From positions 1 to 44,305 of the IMG/VR virus record IMGVR_UViG_3300005542_000062: a stretch of 44,305 nt of DNA, one strand, 5' to 3'. This DNA is from a virus. Taxonomy: Duplodnaviria > Caudoviricetes. Shown here piece after piece: positions 1 to 9,404 of the stretch. Numbering within the stretch: the first letter of the stretch is position 1; each line of letters begins with the position of its first letter. The translations under genes were made by a program, and so were the position numbers. The notes under the pieces were generated by a model. It did not search any database and was not told the origin of the DNA. It saw only the letters and a program-made list of their open reading frames with translations.

Positions 1-101
<101 letters not shown>

Positions 102-128
102 AAAATAAAATTTACTCTAAGACAGACC

Positions 129-159
129 ATGTAAATTTTACATAGGGATTATTCCCTAT
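129..159. promoter_or_regulatory. two overlapping palindromes (putative operators) abutting the left promoter
   Basis: ATGTAAA-T-TTTACAT (129-143) and ATAGGGA-TTAT-TCCCTAT (142-159). The second touches the -35 box. Confidence 0.5.
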
Positions 160-187
160 TGCATGTATATGTAGTACCTGGTATAAT
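159..187 (+). promoter_or_regulatory. sigma70-type early promoter
   Basis: TTGCAT (159-164), 17 bp spacer, TATAAT (182-187) with extended -10 TG. First ATG is at 200. Confidence 0.8.
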
Positions 188-199
188 GGCCTTAGGTGT

Positions 200-466
200 A
201 TGAAAACGCAAGAGTTAGCCGTTTTGTACAGGGGCGCAGGCTCAGGGCAGGCTCAGGGTAGCGTCGGGGTAAAACCAGGGTTTTCATGTGCAATTTGCGC
301 TCGTCCGACATCTTTAATTCGTTTTGGTCGGCCAATTTGCAGAAAATGCTACAAAAAAGACATCGCGGCCCGCAAAGTTCTAGCCCTGTTAGCAATGCCT
401 TTAATCAAAGAGAGAAAAAAGAGAGAAAAAGAAGCTCAAGACCAAATCATTCAGGAGATTCTATGA
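200..466 (+). CDS. small Zn-finger protein
   Basis: CAIC...CRKC motif. First ORF after the promoter, with AGGTG RBS. Confidence 0.6.
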   Translation: MKTQELAVLYRGAGSGQAQGSVGVKPGFSCAICARPTSLIRFGRPICRKCYKKDIAARKVLALLAMPLIKERKKREKEAQDQIIQEIL

Positions 467-741
467 GTCAATGCGAACGTTGTTACAGAGATCAAATCAA
501 CTGCAAGTGCACCGAAGAGGAGAAATTATTTAGCAAGCTTCTCACTCTTCGATGCGATCTTTCATCACTCGAAGAAAAGGTCAAGACGACTTACCCAGAC
601 GCGGCCGTTCTAATTGGGATCGCTTGGTCCGCTCTGCACAGAGCCAACGATAACATCAGAAAGAACATGAAAACGGTCGAGATTGATCCCGACGACAAAA
701 GTCTCGACAGTGCAGAGAGGTCCGGAATACCAGTCGAGTAA
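463..741 (+). CDS. hypothetical protein (Cys-rich N-terminus)
   Basis: ATGA overlap with the upstream stop and AGGAGA RBS. Start re-assigned from 286. Confidence 0.6.
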   Translation: MSQCERCYRDQINCKCTEEEKLFSKLLTLRCDLSSLEEKVKTTYPDAAVLIGIAWSALHRANDNIRKNMKTVEIDPDDKSLDSAERSGIPVE

Positions 742-744
742 GTA

Positions 745-939
745 ATGGGCCGACCACTCGAACAAAAAGTAGTAACGACGATAAAGCCTCGAATCCCGGA
801 GGGACTAGTTCAAGTCTACCTCCGAGAGTTCGAGGTTTTTCGTCGTGAAAAGGAAAGTGAGGGTTTAAGCGTCAATCAAACGGATTTTCTCAACTCAATT
901 GTCATGAAATTTCTCAAAGATAAGGAGAGTCTCAAATGA
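745..939 (+). CDS. putative ribbon-helix-helix DNA-binding protein
   Basis: 64 aa with a beta-strand (TTIKPRIP) followed by two helices (..SVNQTDFLNSIVMKFL). The fold is inferred. Confidence 0.45.
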   Translation: MGRPLEQKVVTTIKPRIPEGLVQVYLREFEVFRREKESEGLSVNQTDFLNSIVMKFLKDKESLK

Positions 940-1052
940 TCTACATCTACATCGCGCTTCTCTCACTCGCCAATGCAGTAGTTTGGGTTTCGCTACGACG
1001 TGAGAGAAAACTCGAAAGACCTCAAGTGATTGTTTTCAAAGGGAGATTGTAA
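936..1052 (+). CDS. small membrane protein (38 aa)
   Basis: Read manually: MIYIYIALLSLANAVVWVSLRRERK... ATGA overlap and AAGGAG RBS. Confidence 0.55.
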   Translation: MIYIYIALLSLANAVVWVSLRRERKLERPQVIVFKGRL

Positions 1053-1053
1053 A

Positions 1054-1383
1054 ATGTGGTATTGGAGAGCTTCAAATCAAGTTTCAATGCGCTATTTCGA
1101 CACAGCATTACTAGCTTGCTATAACGTCGAAAAAGAAGTAATCCCACCTAACTGGAAGCTAGTCCGATTACTAAACATTCCATCATTCCCAGGGGATCAG
1201 TATCTCGTAATGGGAGTCGAAGTACATCGCGGCCGTTTAGTTCCCGCGATTCAGCTTTTTCCCCAAGAGAGATTTGGAACTCCAATGTTACCAAGTTTGA
1301 CGGAGGAATTCAATAGAATCGCGAAAGAAGCGCCCGAGAAATTCCCATCAAAAGCAGAATTCATGAGGAGGTATTCAAAATGA
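1054..1383 (+). CDS. hypothetical protein
   Basis: GGGAG RBS. Tightly packed, with an ATGA overlap downstream. Confidence 0.6.
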   Translation: MWYWRASNQVSMRYFDTALLACYNVEKEVIPPNWKLVRLLNIPSFPGDQYLVMGVEVHRGRLVPAIQLFPQERFGTPMLPSLTEEFNRIAKEAPEKFPSKAEFMRRYSK

Positions 1384-1946
1384 GTAAAGGTTACACACGA
1401 TGCGAGTTCATGAGTCCATCGACTGGACTCCAGTGCGAGATTTGGTTCGAGTCCCAAGAGAGACAGCACGATTCAGCGGGGAGCCTTCTCCCGCTGTATT
1501 GTCCTGATCACTCAAACGGCAATCTCGAAACCGACAAGACTCAGTACATCGAAACCAAGAACATTGCGCGCGAATTTTGCTACCAAATGTTCGAAAAGTG
1601 CAGTCAAGAGGAAGGATTCAATAAACTCGACGCCCACATAGCCAAGATTGAAGCCGAAATCGAGAACCAAAAAGTAGTCTTGTACGCGGCTAAAGCAGTA
1701 CGCCAAGAGAAGCTTCAAAACCTTTCAGAAGACGAAAGGAAAGAGCGCCTAAAGTATCGTGTCCGTAAAAGTGAGAGTTCAATCCCGACGGAGAAAAAAG
1801 AGACACTCAAATCGAATCCAGTCGGGTACCTGGAAAAGCGCGGTTTGAGTAAATCGGCCGCCCAGGACTTGTTAACTCTTGATCCGGACGAATTAATCGC
1901 TAAGTTCAAAGCTGCTCAAAAGAAAAAGAAGGAGGGTAATCAGTGA
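1380..1946 (+). CDS. hypothetical protein with C-C-C-H Zn-binding N-terminus and coiled coil
   Basis: GAGGAGG RBS. Motif RCEF..GLQC..YCPDH. Confidence 0.65.
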   Translation: MSKGYTRCEFMSPSTGLQCEIWFESQERQHDSAGSLLPLYCPDHSNGNLETDKTQYIETKNIAREFCYQMFEKCSQEEGFNKLDAHIAKIEAEIENQKVVLYAAKAVRQEKLQNLSEDERKERLKYRVRKSESSIPTEKKETLKSNPVGYLEKRGLSKSAAQDLLTLDPDELIAKFKAAQKKKKEGNQ

Positions 1947-2062
1947 GATTCAATTCGTGGGAATGGAATTTCTTGCTCAACGAAGCATTGCCAACAGTAA
2001 TATTCTTCGCAATGCTTTTCGGTATGATGAAGCTGATGGAAAACATCAGAAGAAAGAAGTAA
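1943..2062 (+). CDS. small membrane protein (39 aa)
   Basis: Read manually. GTGA overlap, GGAGG RBS and hydrophobic LPTVIFFAMLFGMM. Confidence 0.55.
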   Translation: MRFNSWEWNFLLNEALPTVIFFAMLFGMMKLMENIRRKK

Positions 2063-2065
2063 TCA

Positions 2066-2278
2066 ATGGCTAAAGTATTCTTCAAAAAGCCACCCGTAAG
2101 ACTGGAACTCGTTGAGTATCGTTTGATTGAACAAATCATAAACGAGATTCCAGAGATGGAACTAACAGAAGACGAACGTCAACTTCGTGAGAAAGTTCGT
2201 CGTATCTGCACTAACATCGAAAAAGCGATCGCCTATAAAGCGAAAATGGAGAATCAACATGCCGGAAGCCAAGATTGA
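2066..2278 (+). CDS. hypothetical protein
   Basis: ORF in a packed operon. Confidence 0.55.
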   Translation: MAKVFFKKPPVRLELVEYRLIEQIINEIPEMELTEDERQLREKVRRICTNIEKAIAYKAKMENQHAGSQD

Positions 2279-2573
2279 CGTCGCAACACTCAACGATTGG
2301 GAGCAAGACTTGACTCTCATGATTCATCTGATCCGCAGTGCTCAACAGGGTACTGTGATTCACGGTGATGCTTGGAAGAAGTTGTCCCAAGTAGAAAAGA
2401 AGTTGGACGAAATCAAAGCCGAAATCAAAAGGAGCTATCTCAATGCGATCAGGGAAGCAATCGAATTATGGCTACAAGATCATGCGGACCTCCTGAGTCC
2501 TGATGATCGAATGATCATCGGGAGTGCAATCAATATTATCGAAGCGACCGAGATCAAGGAGGAGAAAAACTAA
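2259..2573 (+). CDS. hypothetical protein
   Basis: GGAG RBS before ATG 2259. TAATG coupling to the helicase. Confidence 0.6.
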   Translation: MPEAKIDVATLNDWEQDLTLMIHLIRSAQQGTVIHGDAWKKLSQVEKKLDEIKAEIKRSYLNAIREAIELWLQDHADLLSPDDRMIIGSAINIIEATEIKEEKN

Positions 2574-4201
2574 TGCCTCTTGTTCTCGAAAAATGTCGAA
2601 TTTGTGGAAAGACCGCCGAGACTCGTAGCCAATTCAACATCGGCGGAACTATCATGTTGTCTCTCAAATGCGGCCATCAAATTAAGCAAGAGCATCTCCA
2701 AAAGAGAGACGCGGCCGCCATCAAGGCCCTGAACGGACATCGACTCATGCCATTCCAGATAAAAGGAGTGGAGCATGTCGAAACAGCCGGGGGCCGCGCA
2801 CTAATCGCCGACGAGATGGGACTCGGGAAGACAGTTCAAGCTTTGAGTTTCTTGTTCCTACATCCTGAAGCAATGCCGGCGATGGGAGTCGTGAAAGCAT
2901 CACTACTAACTCAGTGGCAACGACAATTCGCCAACTGGTGCTCTAACGATCACGATGACGGTTACCGCTTCGCCCAGATTATCAGTTCATCGAAAGATGT
3001 ACTGCTACCTGGACTTCCTTTCTACATCGTGAGTTTCGACCTAATCCGTCGATTTAACTCGAAAGAGAAAGATCGAACCGGGCACTTCGAGAATCGTCTA
3101 GTCGAGATGGCGAAAGCGCGCGGCATTAAAACCCTCATCATCGACGAGTGCCAACAGATCAAAAACAATGACTCGCAACGAACCGAAGAAGTCCGGAAAC
3201 TCGCTCGAATCTGCGATAATGTAATCGCGTTGTCCGGTACTCCGATCAAAAACAACGCGGGCGAGTACTTCCCAATTCTCAACATGATTCAACCGGAGCG
3301 CTTCCCCAAGTACTCTCAATTCCTTATGCAAGACGTCTGCACTTCCTGGAACGGATACGGGGCCAAAGTTGGAGGGTTGGAGTTTCCAGAAGCTTTCAAA
3401 TCGAAAACTCAAGACTTCATCATTAGACGGGAACGAAAAGAAGTACTCCCAGAATTGCCGCTCGTTTCTCGTCAGTTCATGTTCAATGATCTCGGCGGAA
3501 AAGTCGAGCAGGCTTACATCGACGAGTTCAAGAGATTTCGAGATGAATACAATGCAATGGGAGAGGACAAAGATTTCAGCGATAACGGTAACATTCTCGC
3601 TTATCTTTCCCGAATGCGGCACCTAACAGGATACGCCAAGATCGACCCTTGCATCGACTTCTGCGTGGAATTTCTCGGCTCAACTGACGACGATCGACTC
3701 TGCATTTTCGTTCATCACGTCGACGTCGCTCAATTACTTCAACAGAAACTCGCCGAAATCTGTCGCCAGCTTGAACTTAGCTGGACACCAGTTAACTTAG
3801 TTTCCATGAATCCAGCAGCGCGCGAGTTGAAAAAGGACCAATGGATCGCATCGAACTCTCGAATTCTCATTCTCAGCACGCTGGCATCTGGAGAAGGCTT
3901 GGACGGGCTCCAGAAAGTCTGTCACAAGATGGTAACTCTGGAGCGCGAGTGGAATCCCGCGAATGAAGAACAAGTCGAGGGGCGCTTCTCCCGTATCGGT
4001 CAAGAAGCTAACTCAATCGACAATACGTTCTTCGTAGCGGTCGGAACGGTCGACGAGTTCTTCGCCGAAATAGTTGAGAAGAAACGAGAGATCGTGACTT
4101 CGACTATGGGCGGCGAAGCGGTCGAATGGAATCAAACGAGTATCATCATGGAACTCGCCGAGATTCTGGCGATGAACGGCGGAAAGAAATGGGGAATATG
4201 A
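2573..4201 (+). CDS. SNF2/HARP-like SF2 helicase
   Basis: ADEMGLGKT (motif I), DECQ (II), LSGTPIKN (III), GEGLDGLQ, WNPANEEQVEGRFSRIGQ (VI). N-terminal Zn ribbon. Confidence 0.92.
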   Translation: MPLVLEKCRICGKTAETRSQFNIGGTIMLSLKCGHQIKQEHLQKRDAAAIKALNGHRLMPFQIKGVEHVETAGGRALIADEMGLGKTVQALSFLFLHPEAMPAMGVVKASLLTQWQRQFANWCSNDHDDGYRFAQIISSSKDVLLPGLPFYIVSFDLIRRFNSKEKDRTGHFENRLVEMAKARGIKTLIIDECQQIKNNDSQRTEEVRKLARICDNVIALSGTPIKNNAGEYFPILNMIQPERFPKYSQFLMQDVCTSWNGYGAKVGGLEFPEAFKSKTQDFIIRRERKEVLPELPLVSRQFMFNDLGGKVEQAYIDEFKRFRDEYNAMGEDKDFSDNGNILAYLSRMRHLTGYAKIDPCIDFCVEFLGSTDDDRLCIFVHHVDVAQLLQQKLAEICRQLELSWTPVNLVSMNPAARELKKDQWIASNSRILILSTLASGEGLDGLQKVCHKMVTLEREWNPANEEQVEGRFSRIGQEANSIDNTFFVAVGTVDEFFAEIVEKKREIVTSTMGGEAVEWNQTSIIMELAEILAMNGGKKWGI

Positions 4202-4455
4202 CAACTAAGAAAGAAGTAATCTCTCAATACCTCAAAACTGGAAAGCTCTACATTTCCAGCGCAGAAAAAAGAAGTATCGGAGAAATCATACCTGAAGTCT
4301 TTTGTCATGGCATTGAAAGTGAATTGGTAAATCAACCAGTAGTGGTCAGAAGGGAGGTTTCAAGAGAAGAATATTTTCAATGGGCTGGTCCTCTAGGTTG
4401 TTACACTGGAGAAGATGGGGGATATAATTTTCATTATGAGGTATCAATTGATTGA
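4198..4455 (+). CDS. hypothetical protein
   Basis: ATGA overlap with the helicase stop. Confidence 0.55.
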   Translation: MTTKKEVISQYLKTGKLYISSAEKRSIGEIIPEVFCHGIESELVNQPVVVRREVSREEYFQWAGPLGCYTGEDGGYNFHYEVSID

Positions 4456-4994
4456 CTCCAATAGTCGACTTCCGTTGTTGTAAAACAGCGGAGAAAACTC
4501 AGGGTCGAACGCATGACATCAAATGCACAGGGCGCGCCCCAAGTTTAAGGAGAAAGAAGACGGTCAGAATCAATCCAGAAACGGGGAGAACAGAATTAAT
4601 CGAAGACCCTTTGTATGAGGGGATTAGAGATGAAGATTTAATGGGGTGCGAAGTGGTTCAATCAAAACTACCAATTCAAAGTCACTTGGAAGGAATACAA
4701 ATGGCTGACTCAAAGATGTTCATAATCAAGTTGGAATCCCAATTCATTCCAACACCGACAATGGTCAAACAGAAACTCGGCATTGGCTTCAAAGTGTTGT
4801 CTGTCGAAGTCGAGAGAGAATCGTACAAAGAAATCAAGGACGTCGACAGCGCGGTCGATGCGATTCTCTACACTGGCTATCGAGCACTTGCCCGAGCCAA
4901 TCATCCAGACTTAGGAGGTAACGCCGAAACGATGGTAATTCTCAATCGAGCAAAGAAAGAATTGATGGATTTGCTCAAAGAACTCAAAGCATAA
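4452..4994 (+). CDS. J-domain (DnaJ-like) protein, alternative start at 4701
   Basis: C-terminal YRALARANHPDLGGNAETMVILNRAKKEL is an HPD J-domain signature. Confidence 0.75.
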   Translation: MTPIVDFRCCKTAEKTQGRTHDIKCTGRAPSLRRKKTVRINPETGRTELIEDPLYEGIRDEDLMGCEVVQSKLPIQSHLEGIQMADSKMFIIKLESQFIPTPTMVKQKLGIGFKVLSVEVERESYKEIKDVDSAVDAILYTGYRALARANHPDLGGNAETMVILNRAKKELMDLLKELKA

Positions 4995-5006
4995 AGGAGA
5001 ATTAAT

Positions 5007-5552
5007 ATGGGAAACATAGCGAAGACATTTCAAGAACTTTCTCTCAAAGATCGTCTCAAAGCAATCCGGAAGCGTCCAGTAATAGTCGTTGACACTTCCT
5101 TCTCAATGGCTTCAGACGTCGAACCCGGACAGACCAAGTACGAAGCCGTCATTGCGATTCTCAAAGGTCTAAACGGAAATCCCAAGGTTTGGGCATTCTC
5201 CGATCACGTCCGAGAAACAACGATCGATGAACTCGAAAAAGCGGGGCCGCACGGTGGAACTGTTCTATCTCCAGTACTTCAAAGGATGAAGGATCAAGGA
5301 TACAGAGAAGCCGTCGTAATCACGGACGGAGAAGTGAACGATTACGATCAAGACGCATCACTCAAAGCAGTCGAAGGTCTTGTACTCAAAGTTCTCTACG
5401 TCGGACCTGGGGAGAAACCAGAATTTCTCGAAAAGCTCGCAAATGCCAGCGGCGGTTTCTGTGACAAGGACGACTTGCACTTCGTCTCGGAGTTGACTGG
5501 GAAAGTGCAATTGCTGTTAGGAGAAACGCCTGATTACACGATCAAACTATGA
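5007..5552 (+). CDS. von Willebrand factor A (vWA) domain protein
   Basis: MIDAS motif DTSFS, GGT and VVITDG. AAGGAG RBS. Confidence 0.85.
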   Translation: MGNIAKTFQELSLKDRLKAIRKRPVIVVDTSFSMASDVEPGQTKYEAVIAILKGLNGNPKVWAFSDHVRETTIDELEKAGPHGGTVLSPVLQRMKDQGYREAVVITDGEVNDYDQDASLKAVEGLVLKVLYVGPGEKPEFLEKLANASGGFCDKDDLHFVSELTGKVQLLLGETPDYTIKL

Positions 5553-5713
5553 CTTGCCAATACTGTTACAATCAATGTCCAAATCCGGGATACAGATGTC
5601 AAACTTGCGAAGCACGGTTTTGCTCAAAGGAATGTCTTGAGAAGCATCTGATAGCAATGAAAGCTCCAATTTCTCATGCATTCCCTTTTGGGATGAAAGG
5701 ACCATCAAAATAA
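5549..5713 (+). CDS. zf-HIT/MYND-like zinc finger microprotein (54 aa)
   Basis: Read manually: MTCQYCYNQCPNPGYRCQTCEARFCSKECLEKH. ATGA overlap, and it fills the gap exactly. Confidence 0.7.
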   Translation: MTCQYCYNQCPNPGYRCQTCEARFCSKECLEKHLIAMKAPISHAFPFGMKGPSK

Positions 5714-6625
5714 ATGCCAGAACAACAGATAATAAGTCTTGACGCTACGATTCTGAATACCCTTCAGAATTGCGCTCAAAAGACGAAACTCGGCTTTCAA
5801 GACAATCTCAAACCTAACGAGAAAGCGGAAGCTCTCGAAGAAGGGGATCTGATGCACAAGATCCTCGAAGTCTGGTACGGTCTTCGCTACAACTGCGCGC
5901 GTCTCGACTCCGATACTTGGTTGGCTTTAAAAGATGGAGGATTCGTCACACAACTGCGGGACTTCGAGAATGAAAGAGAGGCACTTATCGAGTTCTGCTG
6001 CGAAGTCGGGCGCTTCTTTGCCACTAAGATGGACGCGCCCGTTGAGGAACTCGAAGAAGTAATCTATCAATTCAAGGAATACGTCAACTTCTATAGAAAC
6101 GAAGACTGGCATCCTCTCGCAGTAGAGGAAGTCGGCTCTCGGATTCTCTTTGAAGATGAAGAATGGAAGATCATCTATAACTGCAAAACTGACATCGTAG
6201 CCGAACGAGGTACACTCATCGCTCCTTGGGACCACAAAACTGGGAAGCGCCGACAGCAACCCAGTTCTTTAGGAAATCAGTGGATCGGGACTTGTTTCGT
6301 ACTTCAGACGAATCGGGTCATGCTCAACAAGATTGGTTTTCAAAAGTCGCTGAAACCGTCAGAGCGATTCCAAAGATTTTTGATGGAAATCCAAGATAGT
6401 CGGATTCATGAGTGGGTTGAAGATACGATCTATTGGGCCAAACTACTTCATTGGCACATCTCAACCGACTATTGGCCTAGGAACCGAACATCTTGCGACA
6501 AGTATTCCGGCTGCGTTTACAAGGACATCTGCGAGAAGCCACCTGAAAGTAGACTTTACGTAATCGAACGTGACTTTTACGTGGGCGATAAGTGGGATGT
6601 AGCAAAGATGCTAGAGAATGTTTAA
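5714..6625 (+). CDS. PD-(D/E)XK exonuclease, Cas4/AddB-like with Fe-S cysteines
   Basis: N-terminal Cys, GDLMH, KTD..WDHKT, and C-terminal CDKYSGCVYKDIC. Confidence 0.85.
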   Translation: MPEQQIISLDATILNTLQNCAQKTKLGFQDNLKPNEKAEALEEGDLMHKILEVWYGLRYNCARLDSDTWLALKDGGFVTQLRDFENEREALIEFCCEVGRFFATKMDAPVEELEEVIYQFKEYVNFYRNEDWHPLAVEEVGSRILFEDEEWKIIYNCKTDIVAERGTLIAPWDHKTGKRRQQPSSLGNQWIGTCFVLQTNRVMLNKIGFQKSLKPSERFQRFLMEIQDSRIHEWVEDTIYWAKLLHWHISTDYWPRNRTSCDKYSGCVYKDICEKPPESRLYVIERDFYVGDKWDVAKMLENV

Positions 6626-6880
6626 ATGACAATGCCACTACCTGAATTAAAAGAGAAACATGTCCAGATACTGGACTTGTACCTGAGGGAGCATCATCCC
6701 GAAGCTTGTGCGGACTGGGTAATCACAACGTCAAAGAGGCTTGATCTTGTCGCGCCAGATAAGACTTTAGCCGTCCAGACTTCAAGAGAGAACGTCGCTT
6801 ACGGCTTTTTGCTCGGTCTTCTATTCGCCAAGTTAGTACATAACATATCGGAGATAGATCAAGATGAACCTGGGCAATAA
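6626..6880 (+). CDS. hypothetical protein
   Basis: Abuts the nuclease stop. Confidence 0.5.
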   Translation: MTMPLPELKEKHVQILDLYLREHHPEACADWVITTSKRLDLVAPDKTLAVQTSRENVAYGFLLGLLFAKLVHNISEIDQDEPGQ

Positions 6881-7784
6881 TTACGTAACATACAAAGTAC
6901 CCGACGGACGTAATTACGGGGTAATCGCGGAGTATCATCTCCAGAGAGATCTGATCCGTCCCCACTTGAATGCAATGATCGACAGCGGACAGACTGTAAT
7001 CAAACTAGCTCCATTCATTTGGGGAGATATGCCCGACGAGCCTTACATCCCAAACGGCTACGCAATTCAACTCGTCGGAGACTCAAACGGCAGAGTCACG
7101 TTTGAATCTCAACAGTGGTCGAACTTTATCTCTTTACTAAGTGACATCAAAGGGGCCAAGTTTTCAAAAGTAGTCGTCGGTCTTTGTTTTTCCGGTAGCT
7201 ATCACCCATTTAATTGGACTGACTGGAATCCATCTAGTGCGGCCGTTATATGGATTCTCATCGCCGCGATCAGAGAGGCTTTAATAAACAACGGTATGCC
7301 TTTCTCTCTAGACTTGTTCGACGAAGGCATCCCGAGTGAAATCTATCCTCTTTTACTCCGTCTTGTTCAATATTTGTGGATCAATTATACCGGATTATTT
7401 TGGCGCGGCCAAAAGTGCCTCGACGCCACTATCTCATTTGTACCATTCAAAGACGTAGTAAGTCAAATCCCTAAAGTTTTCGGTGGAAATTATCCGAGCG
7501 TCTTTGAAGCTCACATTTATGGAGAAACTCCCGACACAGGAGAAGGTGCGGCCTACTCGACGGCTTGCGACGTAATGTCTTTCATCAAAACGTTCGGTTC
7601 TAAGATGAGAATTGGTGAGACTTATCCCGATATCGTTACTTTCGAAGAACTAGTTCGCGCTCAAAAAGACAATCCAGACGTCGAAATTGAGGACATCATT
7701 GCATGGCCAGTTGCAGCGGGAAGCGCGCCAAATGTAATGATTAATCTACCACCTATTACAAACAATTGGACGGTCAAATCATGA
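6864..7784 (+). CDS. putative clan GH-A-like (TIM barrel) glycoside hydrolase
   Basis: 306 aa with LDLFDEG (acid/base-like), EAHIYG and RIGETY (nucleophile-like) at plausible spacing. Confidence 0.5.
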   Translation: MNLGNNYVTYKVPDGRNYGVIAEYHLQRDLIRPHLNAMIDSGQTVIKLAPFIWGDMPDEPYIPNGYAIQLVGDSNGRVTFESQQWSNFISLLSDIKGAKFSKVVVGLCFSGSYHPFNWTDWNPSSAAVIWILIAAIREALINNGMPFSLDLFDEGIPSEIYPLLLRLVQYLWINYTGLFWRGQKCLDATISFVPFKDVVSQIPKVFGGNYPSVFEAHIYGETPDTGEGAAYSTACDVMSFIKTFGSKMRIGETYPDIVTFEELVRAQKDNPDVEIEDIIAWPVAAGSAPNVMINLPPITNNWTVKS

Positions 7785-8095
7785 CTCAACTAAATACCGA
7801 AAAACTCAAGGCAGTGGTAAATTCAATAGCTTCTGAAGCAGCCAATCATCCTGAGCACGGAGAAGAAGATTTGTGTTCTGCTTGTCGAATAAAAAGGCAA
7901 GTTTGGGATCTTCAAGAATTTCAAATAATAGCCGAGAATTTGGCAAACGATGCTCGAAGAATGGCTCTTCATAAGGTCTTCACGAGAGAATTCGATTACC
8001 GCATTGAATACACTTTCATGGAAGCTATTGTAATGGGGATGGAGATCATGCTTGCTTACAAAGAGGCTGAAGAATTGGAAAAACAAGATGGCTAA
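7781..8095 (+). CDS. hypothetical protein
   Basis: ATGA overlap. Contains CSAC. Confidence 0.6.
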   Translation: MTQLNTEKLKAVVNSIASEAANHPEHGEEDLCSACRIKRQVWDLQEFQIIAENLANDARRMALHKVFTREFDYRIEYTFMEAIVMGMEIMLAYKEAEELEKQDG

Positions 8096-8369
8096 GAAAA
8101 CCCATAATGGCGCTCATCTTTACGAGCGCTTTGAAACTAAACGTGGGAAGATTATCTACAAGTGCATGATTCCGTCTTGTACTCACTTCCTCTCAACTCC
8201 TGAACTTGTAATCAATCGTGTCTGCAAGTGTTGGGGAGACTGCGGCCGAGAACTCGTCGTTACCAAAGAGCTTTACTTCGACAAGATCAAGAAGCCCGTC
8301 TGCGAAACCTGTAGGGAAGATCGAAAAGCTATGAGAGAAGCGATGTCTGCAATCAAAGTAGAAGAGTAG
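8088..8369 (+). CDS. Cys/His-rich Zn-binding protein
   Basis: H..YKCMIPSCTH..CKCWGDC..CETC. Confidence 0.65.
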   Translation: MAKKTHNGAHLYERFETKRGKIIYKCMIPSCTHFLSTPELVINRVCKCWGDCGRELVVTKELYFDKIKKPVCETCREDRKAMREAMSAIKVEE

Positions 8370-8388
8370 AAGAAAGAAAAAGACAAAA

Positions 8389-9255
8389 ATGCCACATTCA
8401 ACGACAGATGAAGTACCAGCACGCGGAATTTTCGCTCTATTTAAAGGCGACAATGGCTCAGGGAAAAGTGTTGGAGCTTTATCTTTCCCCAAACCTTACG
8501 TCTTCGATCATGACCGAAAGATGCCGGCGATTTCTCAAAAGCATTTCCCAAATAAGAAAGTCGATTGGGATACATTCAATGACGTCTTTGGCATTGGGGA
8601 CATGCTGAAGCAATTCGTTGACTATTTCCCCTACGAATCCCAAGCGGCCGCCGACCAAGCCGGATTTCGTAATGAAAATGAATGTCCCTATGAAACTCTC
8701 ATTGGCGACACAATAACGGGCTGCTCTTATACCTGCATTAAAACCGTCGATGATGTTAAGGGGCAGGACATTCTTTCAATGCTCAAGAACGTGAAAGAGT
8801 CAAAAAAGGGCGCCAAGACAATCGAGTTAAGGTCTTACGATACGTATAACGGCGAAGACAATTTCCTCAAGTATTACATCGATACTCTCAAGTTTCTCTG
8901 GGCGCGCCCCGGTAATCCCAAGCATGTCATTATTTGTGCTCACATCCTAACCTCTGAGCAATCCGGACCTCCTGGGACAACAATCAAGACTGTAACACGC
9001 CGTATCGTAACTGCCGGCAACAAAATCGCCGCATATATCCCCGCTCAATTCGACGAAGTCTATCAATTCGCAACAGATCAAGGGTCAGCTTTCGATGAGA
9101 ACGCCCAAATCAAGCATCTTTGTTGCACTCAAGGAATCGGGGATGATTTTGCGAAAACGGCGTACAAATTGCCCGCGCAAATAGACTTTACTAACAAATC
9201 TTTGTTCGATCTCATTTCGGACAAGGTAGATATCGGGAGAGCAAAAACTTTATGA
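8389..9255 (+). CDS. AAA_24/Sak4-like ATPase (recombination)
   Basis: Walker A GDNGSGKS, FDHD, IGDTIT, IICAH and IPAQFDEV. It lies between the exonuclease and the SSB-like gene. Confidence 0.8.
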   Translation: MPHSTTDEVPARGIFALFKGDNGSGKSVGALSFPKPYVFDHDRKMPAISQKHFPNKKVDWDTFNDVFGIGDMLKQFVDYFPYESQAAADQAGFRNENECPYETLIGDTITGCSYTCIKTVDDVKGQDILSMLKNVKESKKGAKTIELRSYDTYNGEDNFLKYYIDTLKFLWARPGNPKHVIICAHILTSEQSGPPGTTIKTVTRRIVTAGNKIAAYIPAQFDEVYQFATDQGSAFDENAQIKHLCCTQGIGDDFAKTAYKLPAQIDFTNKSLFDLISDKVDIGRAKTL

Positions 9256-9362
9256 TTTGCATCTTCTGTAATCATTTGATGTGGCCACCTGCTCACTGTT
9301 TGTATTGGTTTAAATGTTTCAGTTGCAGGTGGGAGTATAAGACTTGGAATCAATTAAAATAA
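9252..9362 (+). CDS. Zn-ribbon microprotein (36 aa)
   Basis: Read manually: MICIFCNH..FKCFSCRW. ATGA overlap. Confidence 0.5.
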   Translation: MICIFCNHLMWPPAHCLYWFKCFSCRWEYKTWNQLK

Positions 9363-9404
9363 CGGCTTTTTACTAAAGCAAACCAAGAAAGAAGACAAAC
9401 AAAC

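Noticed and set aside
5714-6625. Cas4-like nuclease as a sign of a CRISPR-Cas system
   Set aside because: No repeat-spacer array or other cas genes were seen. Its context (Sak4-like ATPase, SSB-like gene) fits a phage recombination exonuclease.
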